Shown: in pieces, positions 47,320-57,467 of the stretch
Layout: the number at the start of each line of letters is the position of its first letter
How positions within the stretch are numbered: position 1 is the stretch's first letter
DNA from: a virus
IMG/VR virus record: IMGVR_UViG_3300002052_000634
Span: 1-64,000 of that record
Reading direction: 5' to 3' (one strand)
Length of the DNA stretch: 64,000 bases
Program-made: the position numbers and the translations under genes
The notes under the pieces: model-generated
The model's input: the letters and a program-made list of their open reading frames with translations, nothing else
What the model was told of the DNA's origin: nothing
Databases searched by the model: none

Positions 47320-48690
47320 TATCCTTTTTTTTTTTTCTACTATGTCACATCTCCACTCCGTTCCGTTCCGTCATTTCACTAATCCTTACCCTTCCAGGGG
47401 GCTACTTTGTCAGAAAAACTATACATCTTTTGTGACAACTATACCTTTACTTTCTGACCATAATACAAACTGCTAATGTTTACCCTACCTCAATGTTCAC
47501 TAAATAGTGAACTATAATAATCCAGTGAACCTTAATGTCTCATATATAATGGACATTTTGCGACAATGGACTTTTCTAAATAGGGTATTCTAACAGTTAT
47601 ATTACCCCATTTATGCTAAACGTTACCCCATTAATTACCTAACGAACTGCCGAATTCCGTACCTTGTTAGGTAAGCCCTCTTACGTAGATATAACTAAGT
47701 AACGTGGCGTATATACGTGTATATACAGGCTTATATAGGTTTATATAAGTTTATGTACGTTTCCGTATAATTTCGCTTTTAGCGTTTCGCTTAATGTGAA
47801 ATGGGTATTTAAACGTACCGCTAGGGGGCGAGTGTAGCTCTAGGAGCATTATTTAAGGCTTTTAAGGGTAGGGTGACGGTAGTAATTTTAGGAGCGTATG
47901 GAACGTAATTGTGTCATTTTTTGAGGCGATATGAACCAATTTTAGGGCGTTACAGATGCGATTAGCCGAAGGAACGGAGCGAAGTGGAATCGGGGTATTT
48001 GTTATTGTTCGGAGCGATAGCGGTCAGAAACGGTTCGTTATGGTTCGTTTTGGAACGTTATTGGCGTGAAATGGGGTGATAGTAGGGGTTTAAAGTATCA
48101 AAAAACTAGCTTTTGCTAATCTTAACCCCTATGGTCTTATATTTATAACTTATTGATATATAAAGACTTATATATATTTACTTTAGGCTATAATTTATTA
48201 TTATAACCTTTATTACTTTAAATTCCCATAAAAATATATTTTATATAGATTTGCCTATGTTTGTATATGTTTACCTAGCTTTATATACATTTTAATTATT
48301 ACCTATTTATTATTTTAACTAATTGATACATAAAACTTTATAAAGATATTTAATAACTAACTATTATTTATATTAAAGTGACTTTTACATCTACATAACT
48401 AGCTATTTATTATACTAATTACTTATTATAGATATTTAATAAATGGACATTTATTATCAGGCTTTTTTAAAGGATTAAATAAGTTAGAGGTATTATCTGA
48501 CTATTTATTTACTTAACATGAGATAGAATTATTAAAAAAGTTTAAGAAGTAGGGGTTTTATAAAGATATTTAATAAGATAGGTTATTATCTAGCTTTTTA
48601 TACTGTTAATAGCAGATATCCAAGGAATAAACTGACTTTTTATTTTTTTAATTGTAGGGATAATGTTAAGATAGACAATAGCTTAATTTA
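47320..48690. other. Non-coding divergence region with hairpins and repeats (origin or packaging/terminus candidate)
   Basis: About 1.4 kb without ORFs; several inverted repeats; C-rich to G-rich switch. Confidence 0.45.
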
Positions 48691-48694
48691 TTAT

Positions 48695-48723
48695 TTGCCT
48701 TTTCGCTTGACATAGTGTATACT
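48695..48723 (+). promoter_or_regulatory. Early promoter
   Basis: TTGCCT-17-TATACT. Confidence 0.65.
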
Positions 48724-48772
48724 TAATTTGTATTTGAAAAATAAAAACAAGGTAACAAAGGGGTAAAAAATC

Positions 48773-48988
48773 ATGGTATACGATACGGAAAAGAGCTTAC
48801 AACATCAGGCAATTAAAAAGCTGGAAAGTCAAGGCATAAGTACTAATGACTTTTACAAATGGAAATTGTATCACTCCGAAGCCTTTGACAAGTTTATAAA
48901 ACAAACGGAGATAAGCCTTGACATTGCTATTGACAGATACAAGGGAAGTATAAAAAAGCATAGATACATAGTACATACAAGAGGATAA
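48773..48988 (+). CDS. Hypothetical early protein
   Basis: 71 aa after promoter; AGGGG RBS. Confidence 0.5.
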   Translation: MVYDTEKSLQHQAIKKLESQGISTNDFYKWKLYHSEAFDKFIKQTEISLDIAIDRYKGSIKKHRYIVHTRG

Positions 48989-49176
48989 AACTTTATTAAA
49001 AGGTTAAAAAAGGGGGTTAAAGTATGGAAAAGTTTATTTTGTACCTAATAGTAAAAGGCAAATTGTCAAGGTCACAAAGTAAGCACAAGGGAAGAATTAA
49101 GCGGATAATAAAAAACAATCCGCAAATAGTAAGCGAATTTTTGAACAGGAAAAAGGCTTACTGTTAGGGAAGATTA

Positions 49177-49231
49177 AAAGGCACAAAAGGCAGGTTTTAT
49201 ACTTGCCTTTTGTGTTTTTATCAGGTATACT
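49177..49231 (+). promoter_or_regulatory. Hairpin overlapping an early promoter
   Basis: GCACAAAAGGCAGGT/ACTTGCCTTTTGTGT stem containing -35 TTGCCT; TATACT 17 nt downstream. Confidence 0.7.
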
Positions 49232-49266
49232 TATATTAGATTATGATAAAATAGGAGTAAAAGAAA

Positions 49267-49494
49267 ATGACAAAAATAAACAAAAAACATATTAAAAAAT
49301 TAGATTATTTTCAATTATCCGCATATATTACGGAATACAAGGAAAGGCTATCTATAATGACTAACGGAGAATTAAAAGAGGCAAAAAAGATATATAATAG
49401 GCTTTTACGATATCAAAAAAGACTAGCTAAAAGAGATAAAATCGAAACGTTAATACAGATGGAAAATAGAAAATTGGATAAACATATAAAATAG
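49267..49494 (+). CDS. Hypothetical early protein
   Basis: 75 aa, AGGAG RBS. Confidence 0.5.
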   Translation: MTKINKKHIKKLDYFQLSAYITEYKERLSIMTNGELKEAKKIYNRLLRYQKRLAKRDKIETLIQMENRKLDKHIK

Positions 49495-49584
49495 GGAGTA
49501 TGTAAAAAAGACTAGCGTATACCTTATAAAGAGGCTAGAGACTACGATATAAGGCATACTCCCCTATATAATAAAGGATAAAAA

Positions 49585-49956
49585 ATGTATACCTTGTATA
49601 TAGTAAACAATAGCAAAAAATCGGATATACTAGGTTTATGGTATAATAAAGGTAAATTATATCGGGATTATATACATATAAAGGCATACAGGACTAAAAA
49701 AGACTTGCAAGGGGATATTGATAAGCTTTTTTTGCAAGGTGAAAATGCCATTTTTTATACTGAAAAAAATCTAGTTGACAAGGAAAGTATGGCATATATA
49801 ATCAATAGGCAAGAGGATATTACTACGTTATACAATAGGCAAGTGTTAAAGCGATATAAATTAAGTATAACAGAGATTAAAAGCTTATTAGAGCAATACG
49901 GAGGCTTGACTATATATAAGTATGACAAGAGATATATTATAGAGATTTACAATTAA
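49585..49956 (+). CDS. Hypothetical early protein
   Basis: 123 aa, AAGGA RBS. Confidence 0.55.
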   Translation: MYTLYIVNNSKKSDILGLWYNKGKLYRDYIHIKAYRTKKDLQGDIDKLFLQGENAIFYTEKNLVDKESMAYIINRQEDITTLYNRQVLKRYKLSITEIKSLLEQYGGLTIYKYDKRYIIEIYN

Positions 49957-50374
49957 AAAGGGGAATAAAAAACGATTAAAAAAACTTATGTATCAATAAA
50001 AAGTAAGCCCTGTAAATTCTGCCAAGCTCCAATAGGATTTATTAGAAGTAAAAGCGGTAAATGGTTTATAGTAGAGGTATATTCTATCAATGGCGAAGAA
50101 GTGACCTATTATCACAGTAAAGGCATATATCCTTTGCATCATTGTAATAAAAATCCTTTATAATACGCTATTATAGACACGATAATTGACAAGGCTATAC
50201 CTAGACAAGGGGATAACATGAAGATAACAAAAAAGCTTATAAAAGAGATAATACAATTACATAATTCTACATTGCAAGATATAGAAGTATTAAAAGATTA
50301 TATATCTTTATGCCTTCATAGCAAGTATGATGATAAACTTTATTATGAAGCTATAAAAAAGTATAATCTATGGA

Positions 50375-50755
50375 GTGATAGACATGAATAAAAACAAAGT
50401 CACATTATATCATTATAGCAATAAAGATTTAAAGGTTATAAATCCTTTATACTTCGGAGATAATAACTATACTTTTAATGATGTAAAGGCTTGTGACATA
50501 AAACGGACTTTTTTTTATCTTAACAATGAGCCTTTGGAATATATTTTTAAAAAAGCGAAATACCTTTACAAGGTGACAATAGATAAAAAAAATCTTTATG
50601 ACTTGAAGCTTGACAAGCTAGGACTAAAAGCAAAATATAACGGAGATATTAAAGGCTTATTATCTTACTGTAAGAGGCATTATAAAGGTATTATTTATAA
50701 TGTAGGCTTTGACATAGCAAGCTTATTTTATAACGTAAAGGCTAGCAAAGTATAA
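50375..50755 (+). CDS. Hypothetical protein with weak ADP-ribosyltransferase-like pattern
   Basis: TLYHYS..TFFY..YKGIIY; function uncertain. Confidence 0.35.
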   Translation: MIDMNKNKVTLYHYSNKDLKVINPLYFGDNNYTFNDVKACDIKRTFFYLNNEPLEYIFKKAKYLYKVTIDKKNLYDLKLDKLGLKAKYNGDIKGLLSYCKRHYKGIIYNVGFDIASLFYNVKASKV

Positions 50756-50992
50756 AAAAATACCTTCTATAATGCGATTACAGAGGCGATAATTGACAAG
50801 GCATACCATAGCATAGGCAAGCGGTAAACGTGCCTATAAACGCAAATAAAAGCGATTTTTTCAAGAGGTATAGAGATATACAAGGCGATAATTGACAAGC
50901 TATATATAGGTATATAGTATATAACATAGTATAGTATATATTATATATAGGTATAGTTTAAAATAAATAAAAGGCAGATTTTTTGATAATAG

Positions 50993-51125
50993 AAAAGTTA
51001 TTAAAAGACTTTAAAAAGTGGTAAAAAAAGTTTACGGATAAAAAAGTTATTAAAAGACTTTATAAAGATGTTAAGAAAATAAAAAGGAAGATAACTTATT
51101 AAAAGACTTAATAAAGTGGTAAAAT
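50993..51125 (+). repeat. Three direct repeats with core TTATTAAAAGACTT, about 48-50 nt apart
   Basis: Copies near 50998, 51046 and 51096. Confidence 0.75.
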
Positions 51126-51290
51126 AAGAAAAATAAAAGTTAGATTTGACAATATGGCAATATGGAAAACTCCGAAGTTAATAATATGCAAAAGTCAGAA
51201 ACTCCGAGATATAATATAGAGGTATATTATAATATGGCTTTACAAAAAACTGCTGAGATTTTAAGAGTGACAAAATTTAGTTTTTGCCTA

Positions 51291-51318
51291 TTGACAAAGT
51301 TAAAAAAATCCGTATACT
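51291..51318 (+). promoter_or_regulatory. Early promoter
   Basis: TTGACA-16-TATACT. Confidence 0.7.
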
Positions 51319-51338
51319 TTAAAGTGGAGGGGTAAAAA

Positions 51339-51437
51339 ATGAATAAACTTTGTAAAAAATGTATAGGAAAATGTAAGCAAAAAATGGCTATTGTTATAAT
51401 AGCTTGTCCGAATTACCGAAAACAAAAAAAGGGATAA
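51339..51437 (+). CDS. 32-aa Cys-rich peptide, paralog of 53440..53538
   Basis: MNKLCKKCIGKCKQKMAIVIIACPNYRKQKKG; GGAGG RBS. Confidence 0.6.
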   Translation: MNKLCKKCIGKCKQKMAIVIIACPNYRKQKKG

Positions 51438-51438
51438 C

Positions 51439-51975
51439 ATGAAAATAGAAAATGGAAAAATAAAATATGAATATAGGACTTGTTGGGATTGCGAAGGCAA
51501 AAAGACAGTTGTCCGAAATAGGCTTTGTCCGAATTGGGGCAAAAAAACATATCGAAAAAAATGTCCAGTATGCGGAGGTATAGGAAAAAATGGACATAAA
51601 ACTATAGGACAATATACAAAAGTATGCGACACTTGTAACGGGGAAGGCGTAAGACTAGAAAATAGTTGTGACAGTATGACAAAAGCTGAACGGATAAACT
51701 GGCTTGAAAATGTAACTTTCAAATTTGTAGAAAATCAAAAAAAGACTTTCAACGACAGTTATATAGGTATAGGGAATTTATGCGGTATAACAGATTATAC
51801 CGACCATAGACACGACAAAGGTATAGTTGAGAAAATTAAAAGTCAGTTATTAAATGATACTACGTTGCAATATACCAAAATAATAAAAAACGGTAAACTT
51901 TGTAACGTGGTATATTGTAAAGGGCAATATGGCGGTTATACTGCAGTTGCAGGTTACGAAAGTGTGGGGGGTTAA
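51439..51975 (+). CDS. DnaJ-type zinc-finger-containing protein
   Basis: CWDCEG, CPVCGGIG, CDTCNGEG. Confidence 0.6.
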   Translation: MKIENGKIKYEYRTCWDCEGKKTVVRNRLCPNWGKKTYRKKCPVCGGIGKNGHKTIGQYTKVCDTCNGEGVRLENSCDSMTKAERINWLENVTFKFVENQKKTFNDSYIGIGNLCGITDYTDHRHDKGIVEKIKSQLLNDTTLQYTKIIKNGKLCNVVYCKGQYGGYTAVAGYESVGG

Positions 51976-51976
51976 T

Positions 51977-52915
51977 ATGAAAAGAGTATTTTCGAGTAAC
52001 GCTAAAACGGTTGCAAAATGGGCAGAGAGAAGTCAAGACTATGGCAGAAATTCCAGAGGTAATATCTTTTTCGAAGGCGATATGATATACTCTTATGGCA
52101 GACATTATCCTATAGCAAGGTTTTATCGAAATTTTGTATTGGTAAACTCTCGAACATATAGCGTAACTACTCAACAGCATAAGAGATTAGTATATTATGC
52201 AGTAAGACAGGATTACAATATAACTTTGATACCAGATATAGACAATATTGATAATCCTTTAAATTTGCAATATTTAAAATCGGAATATAAGAAATTTTAT
52301 AAATTGACATTGCGAAGTAAACGCTTTGGCAGGTATTATTATGAAAGTTATATCGAAGCATTAAACAGTTACAGGCGATTTTGTAACCTATTATATAATA
52401 AAAATATACCTTTAATATCTGGTAGAAGCGATATATTGAATGAGTTAGAACAGAGACAAAAAGACTTTGAGGCTGACAGAGAAAAAAGGACTATTGACAA
52501 CGTATTAATGCCGAAGCCGATTTTTAAAAAGATAGAAAAAAAGACTTTAAAGCCTATTGATATATTTAAGGAGAGAAATGCACAGAGGCGGAGTGTATTA
52601 TTGAAAATATATACTTATGAGAGACTTTTAAAAGACAGCAACGCAAAATTAATCCATAAAGACGGGGATTACGAATTGTTACTAGTGCCTACTCCAAAAA
52701 CTAAACAGGTTACAAATAGATTTTGGGAAAATGGAGAAATGAAAATCAGGACAATCAAATTACCAGAAGATATTATGTTATTGAAAGTCAAATGCCCCTC
52801 AACAGGCGTATATTACGTTTTAAGAGTGCCTCCGACAATGACAAGGTGTAAAGAGGCTTTAGCGTGGACTTTTGACATGACAGAATTGGAATACAAGTTA
52901 GAAATGGAAACGTAA
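51977..52915 (+). CDS. DUF6745-like domain protein
   Basis: C-terminal LKVKCPSTG..YVLRVPP..CKEALAWTF; N-terminal YSYGRHYPIA..YSVTTQQH; start ATG 51977. Confidence 0.6.
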   Translation: MKRVFSSNAKTVAKWAERSQDYGRNSRGNIFFEGDMIYSYGRHYPIARFYRNFVLVNSRTYSVTTQQHKRLVYYAVRQDYNITLIPDIDNIDNPLNLQYLKSEYKKFYKLTLRSKRFGRYYYESYIEALNSYRRFCNLLYNKNIPLISGRSDILNELEQRQKDFEADREKRTIDNVLMPKPIFKKIEKKTLKPIDIFKERNAQRRSVLLKIYTYERLLKDSNAKLIHKDGDYELLLVPTPKTKQVTNRFWENGEMKIRTIKLPEDIMLLKVKCPSTGVYYVLRVPPTMTRCKEALAWTFDMTELEYKLEMET

Positions 52916-52930
52916 AAAAAGGAGGATAAA

Positions 52931-53239
52931 ATGAAAAGACAAGGAGAGTTATTAATAATAAAAGTGGACAGCTTTGAAGGGTTAGAACTGAACAAAATAG
53001 AGCATAGAATATTAGCCGAAGGCGAAACGACAGGACATAAGCACGAATTAAACACAGGAGTATTATATCGCAGGGTTTATTCGTGGAAAAATAGGGAATT
53101 ATTTTTTGAAGTGCCCGAAAATAAGGTTGCGATATTAAGTCATCCTGAACATAGGGAATTGACTTTTGAGACAGGCAAATATAAAGTCATTACACAAAGG
53201 GAATATGAAGAACGGGGTAACAGATGGGTTAGAGATTAA
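52931..53239 (+). CDS. Conserved small phage protein commonly paired with DUF6745
   Basis: RQGE..LAEGETTGHKH..HPEH..QREYE. Confidence 0.65.
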   Translation: MKRQGELLIIKVDSFEGLELNKIEHRILAEGETTGHKHELNTGVLYRRVYSWKNRELFFEVPENKVAILSHPEHRELTFETGKYKVITQREYEERGNRWVRD

Positions 53240-53242
53240 GAA

Positions 53243-53394
53243 AGCGAGGTCAATATGAGATTTGATAAAAAGACGAGAGAAATAGTCCGATTTGTCCGAG
53301 ATATGCAAGGCACAAGGCGATACAAAATCAATATCTGGAAAGTAAAGCCAGTTAAAGTTAAGATAGCCAATAGGAAGATTTTTACTCTTGACAA
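53243..53394 (+). repeat. About 150-bp direct repeat, copy 1 (small ORF ending in a promoter)
   Basis: Long identical core CCGAGATATGCAAGG...AGGAAGATTTT shared with 54513..54664. Confidence 0.9.
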
Positions 53395-53415
53395 AGTTAA
53401 AAAATATGATATACT
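53388..53415 (+). promoter_or_regulatory. Early promoter
   Basis: TTGACA-16-TATACT with extended TG. Confidence 0.7.
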
Positions 53416-53439
53416 TTAAATAACAAAGGAAAAAATAAA

Positions 53440-53538
53440 ATGAATAAACTTTGCAAAAAATGCACAAAAAAATGTAAGCAAAAAAAGACTATAATTATTA
53501 TCCGTTGCCCAAATTATGAAAAAATAAAAGAGAGGTAA
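53440..53538 (+). CDS. 32-aa Cys-rich peptide, paralog of 51339..51437
   Basis: MNKLCKKCTKKCKQKKTIIIIRCPNYEKIKER. Confidence 0.6.
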   Translation: MNKLCKKCTKKCKQKKTIIIIRCPNYEKIKER

Positions 53539-53542
53539 TATC

Positions 53543-53866
53543 ATGGAAAAAATATTTGACTATGAAAAATTACAAGCGGAAAAAGAAAATATTTACAATG
53601 CTATAAAAGCGGAATATAAATATATACAAGTCTCTACACTAGGAGGTAAGGAAAATGTAACTTTACTTATTAGATTATCACTTGACAAAAAAGAAACTTG
53701 GCAATATGGAATATTTGAAAATAGCAGATATTATCATTTTCATATTGATAATAATGGAACGGTTGAAAATTTTTCGAAAAGTTATAGGCTAGAAAAAATC
53801 AGGAAAAAAAGAGTTAAAAGCTTAACTGAGGCAATAGAATATATCAATAAAAAAATAGGAGGATAA
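53543..53866 (+). CDS. Hypothetical early protein
   Basis: 107 aa; STLGG..WQYGIFENSRY. Confidence 0.55.
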   Translation: MEKIFDYEKLQAEKENIYNAIKAEYKYIQVSTLGGKENVTLLIRLSLDKKETWQYGIFENSRYYHFHIDNNGTVENFSKSYRLEKIRKKRVKSLTEAIEYINKKIGG

Positions 53867-54016
53867 AATAATATGAAATGCGAAAAAATTATAAACGGTA
53901 AAAAGTGCGATAGAGAAGCCACGAAAAAATTGTTGATAGGGTTATTACCATTGCGGTTGTGTGACGAATGTTTTGAAAAAACATGGAGTAAAAAATTAAA
54001 AAGAAAGTGAGGTTGT

Positions 54017-54238
54017 ATGTTTTGTTTAAGTAAATTTGACGGAATACCGACAAAAAACGAAATAGCTTATAAACAATTTTATGATTATATAAACGATAAT
54101 AAAAAAAGAAGCGATTTTCTATTAAAAGGTTATCTTGTATTAAAAAGACATGAAACAGGAATATATAAAGGTTTATTATCAACATTTTATTATGTAAATA
54201 AGCCTAAAAAAGCAATAGTTATTTATAAAATAAAATAA
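54017..54238 (+). CDS. Hypothetical protein
   Basis: 73 aa, GAGG RBS. Confidence 0.45.
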   Translation: MFCLSKFDGIPTKNEIAYKQFYDYINDNKKRSDFLLKGYLVLKRHETGIYKGLLSTFYYVNKPKKAIVIYKIK

Positions 54239-54248
54239 AGGGCAATAT

Positions 54249-54506
54249 ATGACAAATTATATTAAATTAGGTAAATGTAAAATAAAGGGTTGTAATAATT
54301 TTATATCTTGGCATTGGCAAATGACTATTGATAGCGAAAATCCGCTTGTGTTTATACCTCTAGGGTATTTTTATCGGAGTTTTACAGCGATAAATATATG
54401 CAATAAGTGTAAAAATAAAATAAAACAAGGCGAAAGTGTGAAATTTAGTTATAAAAAGAGACAATTTATATTTAAAAATTTCAAATTGATAGAATACAAA
54501 ATATAA
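54249..54506 (+). CDS. Hypothetical Zn-binding protein
   Basis: CxxxxC..CxxC. Confidence 0.45.
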   Translation: MTNYIKLGKCKIKGCNNFISWHWQMTIDSENPLVFIPLGYFYRSFTAINICNKCKNKIKQGESVKFSYKKRQFIFKNFKLIEYKI

Positions 54507-54512
54507 AACGAA

Positions 54513-54664
54513 AGTGAGGGCAATATGAGATTTGACAAAAAGACACAGGAGATAATAAAATTTATCCGAGATATGCAAGGCACAAGGCGATACAAAATCA
54601 ATATCTGGAAAGTAAAGCCAGTTAAAGTTAAGATAGCCAATAGGAAGATTTTGGCTCTTGACAA
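54513..54664 (+). repeat. About 150-bp direct repeat, copy 2
   Basis: See 53243..53394. Confidence 0.9.
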
Positions 54665-54685
54665 TATCCGATAATATGGTATACT
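54658..54685 (+). promoter_or_regulatory. Early promoter
   Basis: TTGACA-16-TATACT with extended TG. Confidence 0.7.
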
Positions 54686-54713
54686 TGAATTAAGGAAAGG
54701 AAAAGGTGATAAT

Positions 54714-54938
54714 ATGACATTACGAGATAAATTGATAAACGAAATAATAGATAACGATTTTACACAGATGACAAAAGAAGATTTGGAAAGTCAAGGTTAC
54801 GACTCTACAAAATTTGAGGCAGAAGGGTCAATCTGGATTGTGTATATTTACGATTGCATGAGGAATTATTACCAGAAAAATAAAACAGAAATTGATAACA
54901 GAGTGAATGAAATTTTGAAAGAGAATATAATAGAATAA
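54714..54938 (+). CDS. Hypothetical protein
   Basis: 74 aa after promoter. Confidence 0.5.
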   Translation: MTLRDKLINEIIDNDFTQMTKEDLESQGYDSTKFEAEGSIWIVYIYDCMRNYYQKNKTEIDNRVNEILKENIIE

Positions 54939-54953
54939 CAAAAGGAAAATAAA

Positions 54954-55142
54954 ATGAAAATTAAAGCAATATCACAAGTTAAAACAAAAAACGAAGCAAG
55001 GACAATAGCTATAAACTGGCAAATATGGCAAAGTAAAAAATCGTTAAGTTATAAGGAAATAATAAACTGGTATAATTATTTTATATCATTAGCCGAGAAA
55101 TTTAATTTAAAAAAGGAATTTAGAGAAAACGCTATAATATAA
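54954..55142 (+). CDS. Hypothetical protein
   Basis: 62 aa with RBS. Confidence 0.5.
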   Translation: MKIKAISQVKTKNEARTIAINWQIWQSKKSLSYKEIINWYNYFISLAEKFNLKKEFRENAII

Positions 55143-55157
55143 CAAGGAGATGAAAAA

Positions 55158-55703
55158 ATGAAAACTATTGACGAAATAAAAAAAGAATATGCAGAAAAAT
55201 ATAGACTAGAGTTAAGCGATTATCAGGCAAAAATTGCCCAGAAGCATGAAGTTATTGATAATGACATAAAATTAAATGGTTGTGACGTTGTTAGAATTAG
55301 CTTTTATTCTGACGAAGCAAAAAAAGCTATAAAAGAATATATCACTAATAACGAAATACCTGTTATAAGAGACGGAAAAGTAAATGCTGGTTGGTATTTT
55401 GGCAATTATTGTCTCTGTTTTTTAAGAATAAAAGACGCCGATAGGCTCATAGAGGTATTAAAAGACCATAAAATAGTAAAGGACTTGACAAGGCATTATA
55501 TAGGCAAAAATGACGTTAAGGACTTCAAAATAGGCGATAAAGTGTATTGTTACGCTGAAAACTTTTTCGGCGGTATATCGCAAAGTAAAGGCACAGTTTA
55601 CAATATTACAGATAATAATATCACTATACGGAAATATAGAAGTAAAAGCAAAGGGTGGATATTAAATTTTGGAGATGTAGGTAAAATAGAAAAAAGAAAG
55701 TGA
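55158..55703 (+). CDS. Hypothetical protein
   Basis: 181 aa, AAGGAG RBS. Confidence 0.55.
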   Translation: MKTIDEIKKEYAEKYRLELSDYQAKIAQKHEVIDNDIKLNGCDVVRISFYSDEAKKAIKEYITNNEIPVIRDGKVNAGWYFGNYCLCFLRIKDADRLIEVLKDHKIVKDLTRHYIGKNDVKDFKIGDKVYCYAENFFGGISQSKGTVYNITDNNITIRKYRSKSKGWILNFGDVGKIEKRK

Positions 55704-55710
55704 GGACAAT

Positions 55711-56130
55711 ATGACCACTAAAGAATTGAAAAACATTATAACAGACTTGAAACAGAATTTTGATAAAGATGAACGAAAAGAGATAATCGAAAATATGCAA
55801 AATGAGGAAACTGACTTTGAAGTTGCAGATTATCGCTTTATTCACAAAGATAATATTGACGAAATTTTAAAAGATGAGTTGTTAAGTGATGAGTATATGT
55901 TAGGGTGTTTTTCGGCATGTTTTATAGCTGATATTACAGGACTTGACTATAATATCGTTGAGAAGGCACAGAAAGCCGAGAATTTTGAGTTATTAGGGGC
56001 TTTAATGGCTCAAAAAATAGATGATGTAGTTGACGGATTTATTTCAAATGACGGATACGGACATCATTTTGGACATTATGACGGTACGGAATATGAAACG
56101 GGAGAATATTATTATTTTCGTATTAACTAA
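55711..56130 (+). CDS. Acidic hypothetical phage protein
   Basis: DGYGHHFGHYDG..E..YYYFRIN C-terminus. Confidence 0.55.
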   Translation: MTTKELKNIITDLKQNFDKDERKEIIENMQNEETDFEVADYRFIHKDNIDEILKDELLSDEYMLGCFSACFIADITGLDYNIVEKAQKAENFELLGALMAQKIDDVVDGFISNDGYGHHFGHYDGTEYETGEYYYFRIN

Positions 56131-56141
56131 TAGGGGCATAT

Positions 56142-56486
56142 ATGGAGATTAAAAAATTATATAAATTTAGAGATTGCATATCTGAAAGTCAACGAGTATA
56201 TCATTATTTAAAAAATAAAGGATATAATCCTTATATGATAGAGGGATATGTAGAAGTAAATAATCCTCTTGACATTTTACCAGATAAAGAATTTTTATTT
56301 TTCTTTTATCCCGACGAACTCAAAAAAGTTGAACAGGATATATATTATGAAGATTATCCGAAAGTATTAAAACATACTTGGATAGAAGTTAATAATCATA
56401 AAATAGATATTACAAAAAATCAATTTGATATTTATAATGGAATATCAAAATATTATTCATTAGAAAAATATAATATAGAGGTATAA
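56142..56486 (+). CDS. Hypothetical protein with possible transglutaminase-like triad
   Basis: DC..S, HTWIEV, IDITxxQF. Confidence 0.4.
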   Translation: MEIKKLYKFRDCISESQRVYHYLKNKGYNPYMIEGYVEVNNPLDILPDKEFLFFFYPDELKKVEQDIYYEDYPKVLKHTWIEVNNHKIDITKNQFDIYNGISKYYSLEKYNIEV

Positions 56487-56837
56487 TATTATGAAGTGTA
56501 AATATTGCGATGGAGAAGTAAACGAAAAAATTTGTATTAAATGTTTAATGCCCCAAGATATACCAGAAAAAGAAAAGGAAAAAAATAATGAATAATATGA
56601 CTTTATTTTCATTAGCATATTTACAGTTAAAAAGAGAGGGTAAACTTGACGCTGATAATTTTATGGAATTGCTTTTTGATAGAACCGAAACTATTGGCAA
56701 ATATATGAGCAAACAAAGGTGGAGTGAAGGGTTAAGAAAAAGAAAAGTTGGCTTAAAAAACTAACTTTTGAGAACAAGTTGTCCGTTAAAATAGACAATA
56801 GATAGTTTTTTCGACGAAAGAAAAATTTTGTGAGGAC

Positions 56838-56866
56838 TTGACAAGTTAGGAATATTCAAGTATACT
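56838..56866 (+). promoter_or_regulatory. Early promoter
   Basis: TTGACA-17-TATACT. Confidence 0.75.
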
Positions 56867-57021
56867 ACAATTAGAGGTGATAAAAATGAAAGTAAAATAT
56901 GAAACTATAAAATTATACTCCGAAAGAGATTTTGAAAGAGCCGAAAATCTAAAACATAGAGGATATAAAATAATATCAGTAGGATTTGAAACTGTAACTT
57001 TAATGAAAAAAGGAATACAAT

Positions 57022-57288
57022 ATGACTATAAAAGAAATTAAAAAAAGTATAAGACAGCTTAATAAGCTAAAAAAGAATACACAAGTAGGCACAGAAGCTA
57101 GGCGAGATATTAACCGCCATATACGGAAATTAAAGAATAAACTTGACAATATAATACATTGTGACAATCCTGAAAAATTAGAGTTAATACAAAAAATAAA
57201 TACTATAAGACCGTATTTTACAGATTTAAGGAAGTTTACAGTTAAGCAGTTGCAATATCACTATAATAAAATAAAGGAGGAAAAATAA
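57022..57288 (+). CDS. Basic hypothetical protein
   Basis: 88 aa with RBS. Confidence 0.5.
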   Translation: MTIKEIKKSIRQLNKLKKNTQVGTEARRDINRHIRKLKNKLDNIIHCDNPEKLELIQKINTIRPYFTDLRKFTVKQLQYHYNKIKEEK

Positions 57289-57467
57289 AATGACAAAAGA
57301 AGAATTGTTACATGGTATTTATGAAATTGGGGAATGGATTTATGGTGTTAGTGACGTAGCAGATGAAGATATTGAAACAGAAGAAAACGCCCATATATTG
57401 TATTTTTATAAAATATTAAATGAATTAGAACAAAAATTAAGAAAAAACTAAAAAAGGAGAAAAAATA

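Noticed and set aside
50993-51125. Regularly spaced repeats as a mini CRISPR array
   Set aside because: Core only about 14 nt and degenerate; spacers are low-complexity and resemble each other; no cas genes
53243-54664. Repeat pair as DGR template/variable repeats
   Set aside because: Differences are not adenine-specific, no reverse transcriptase in the window, and neither copy ends a large target gene
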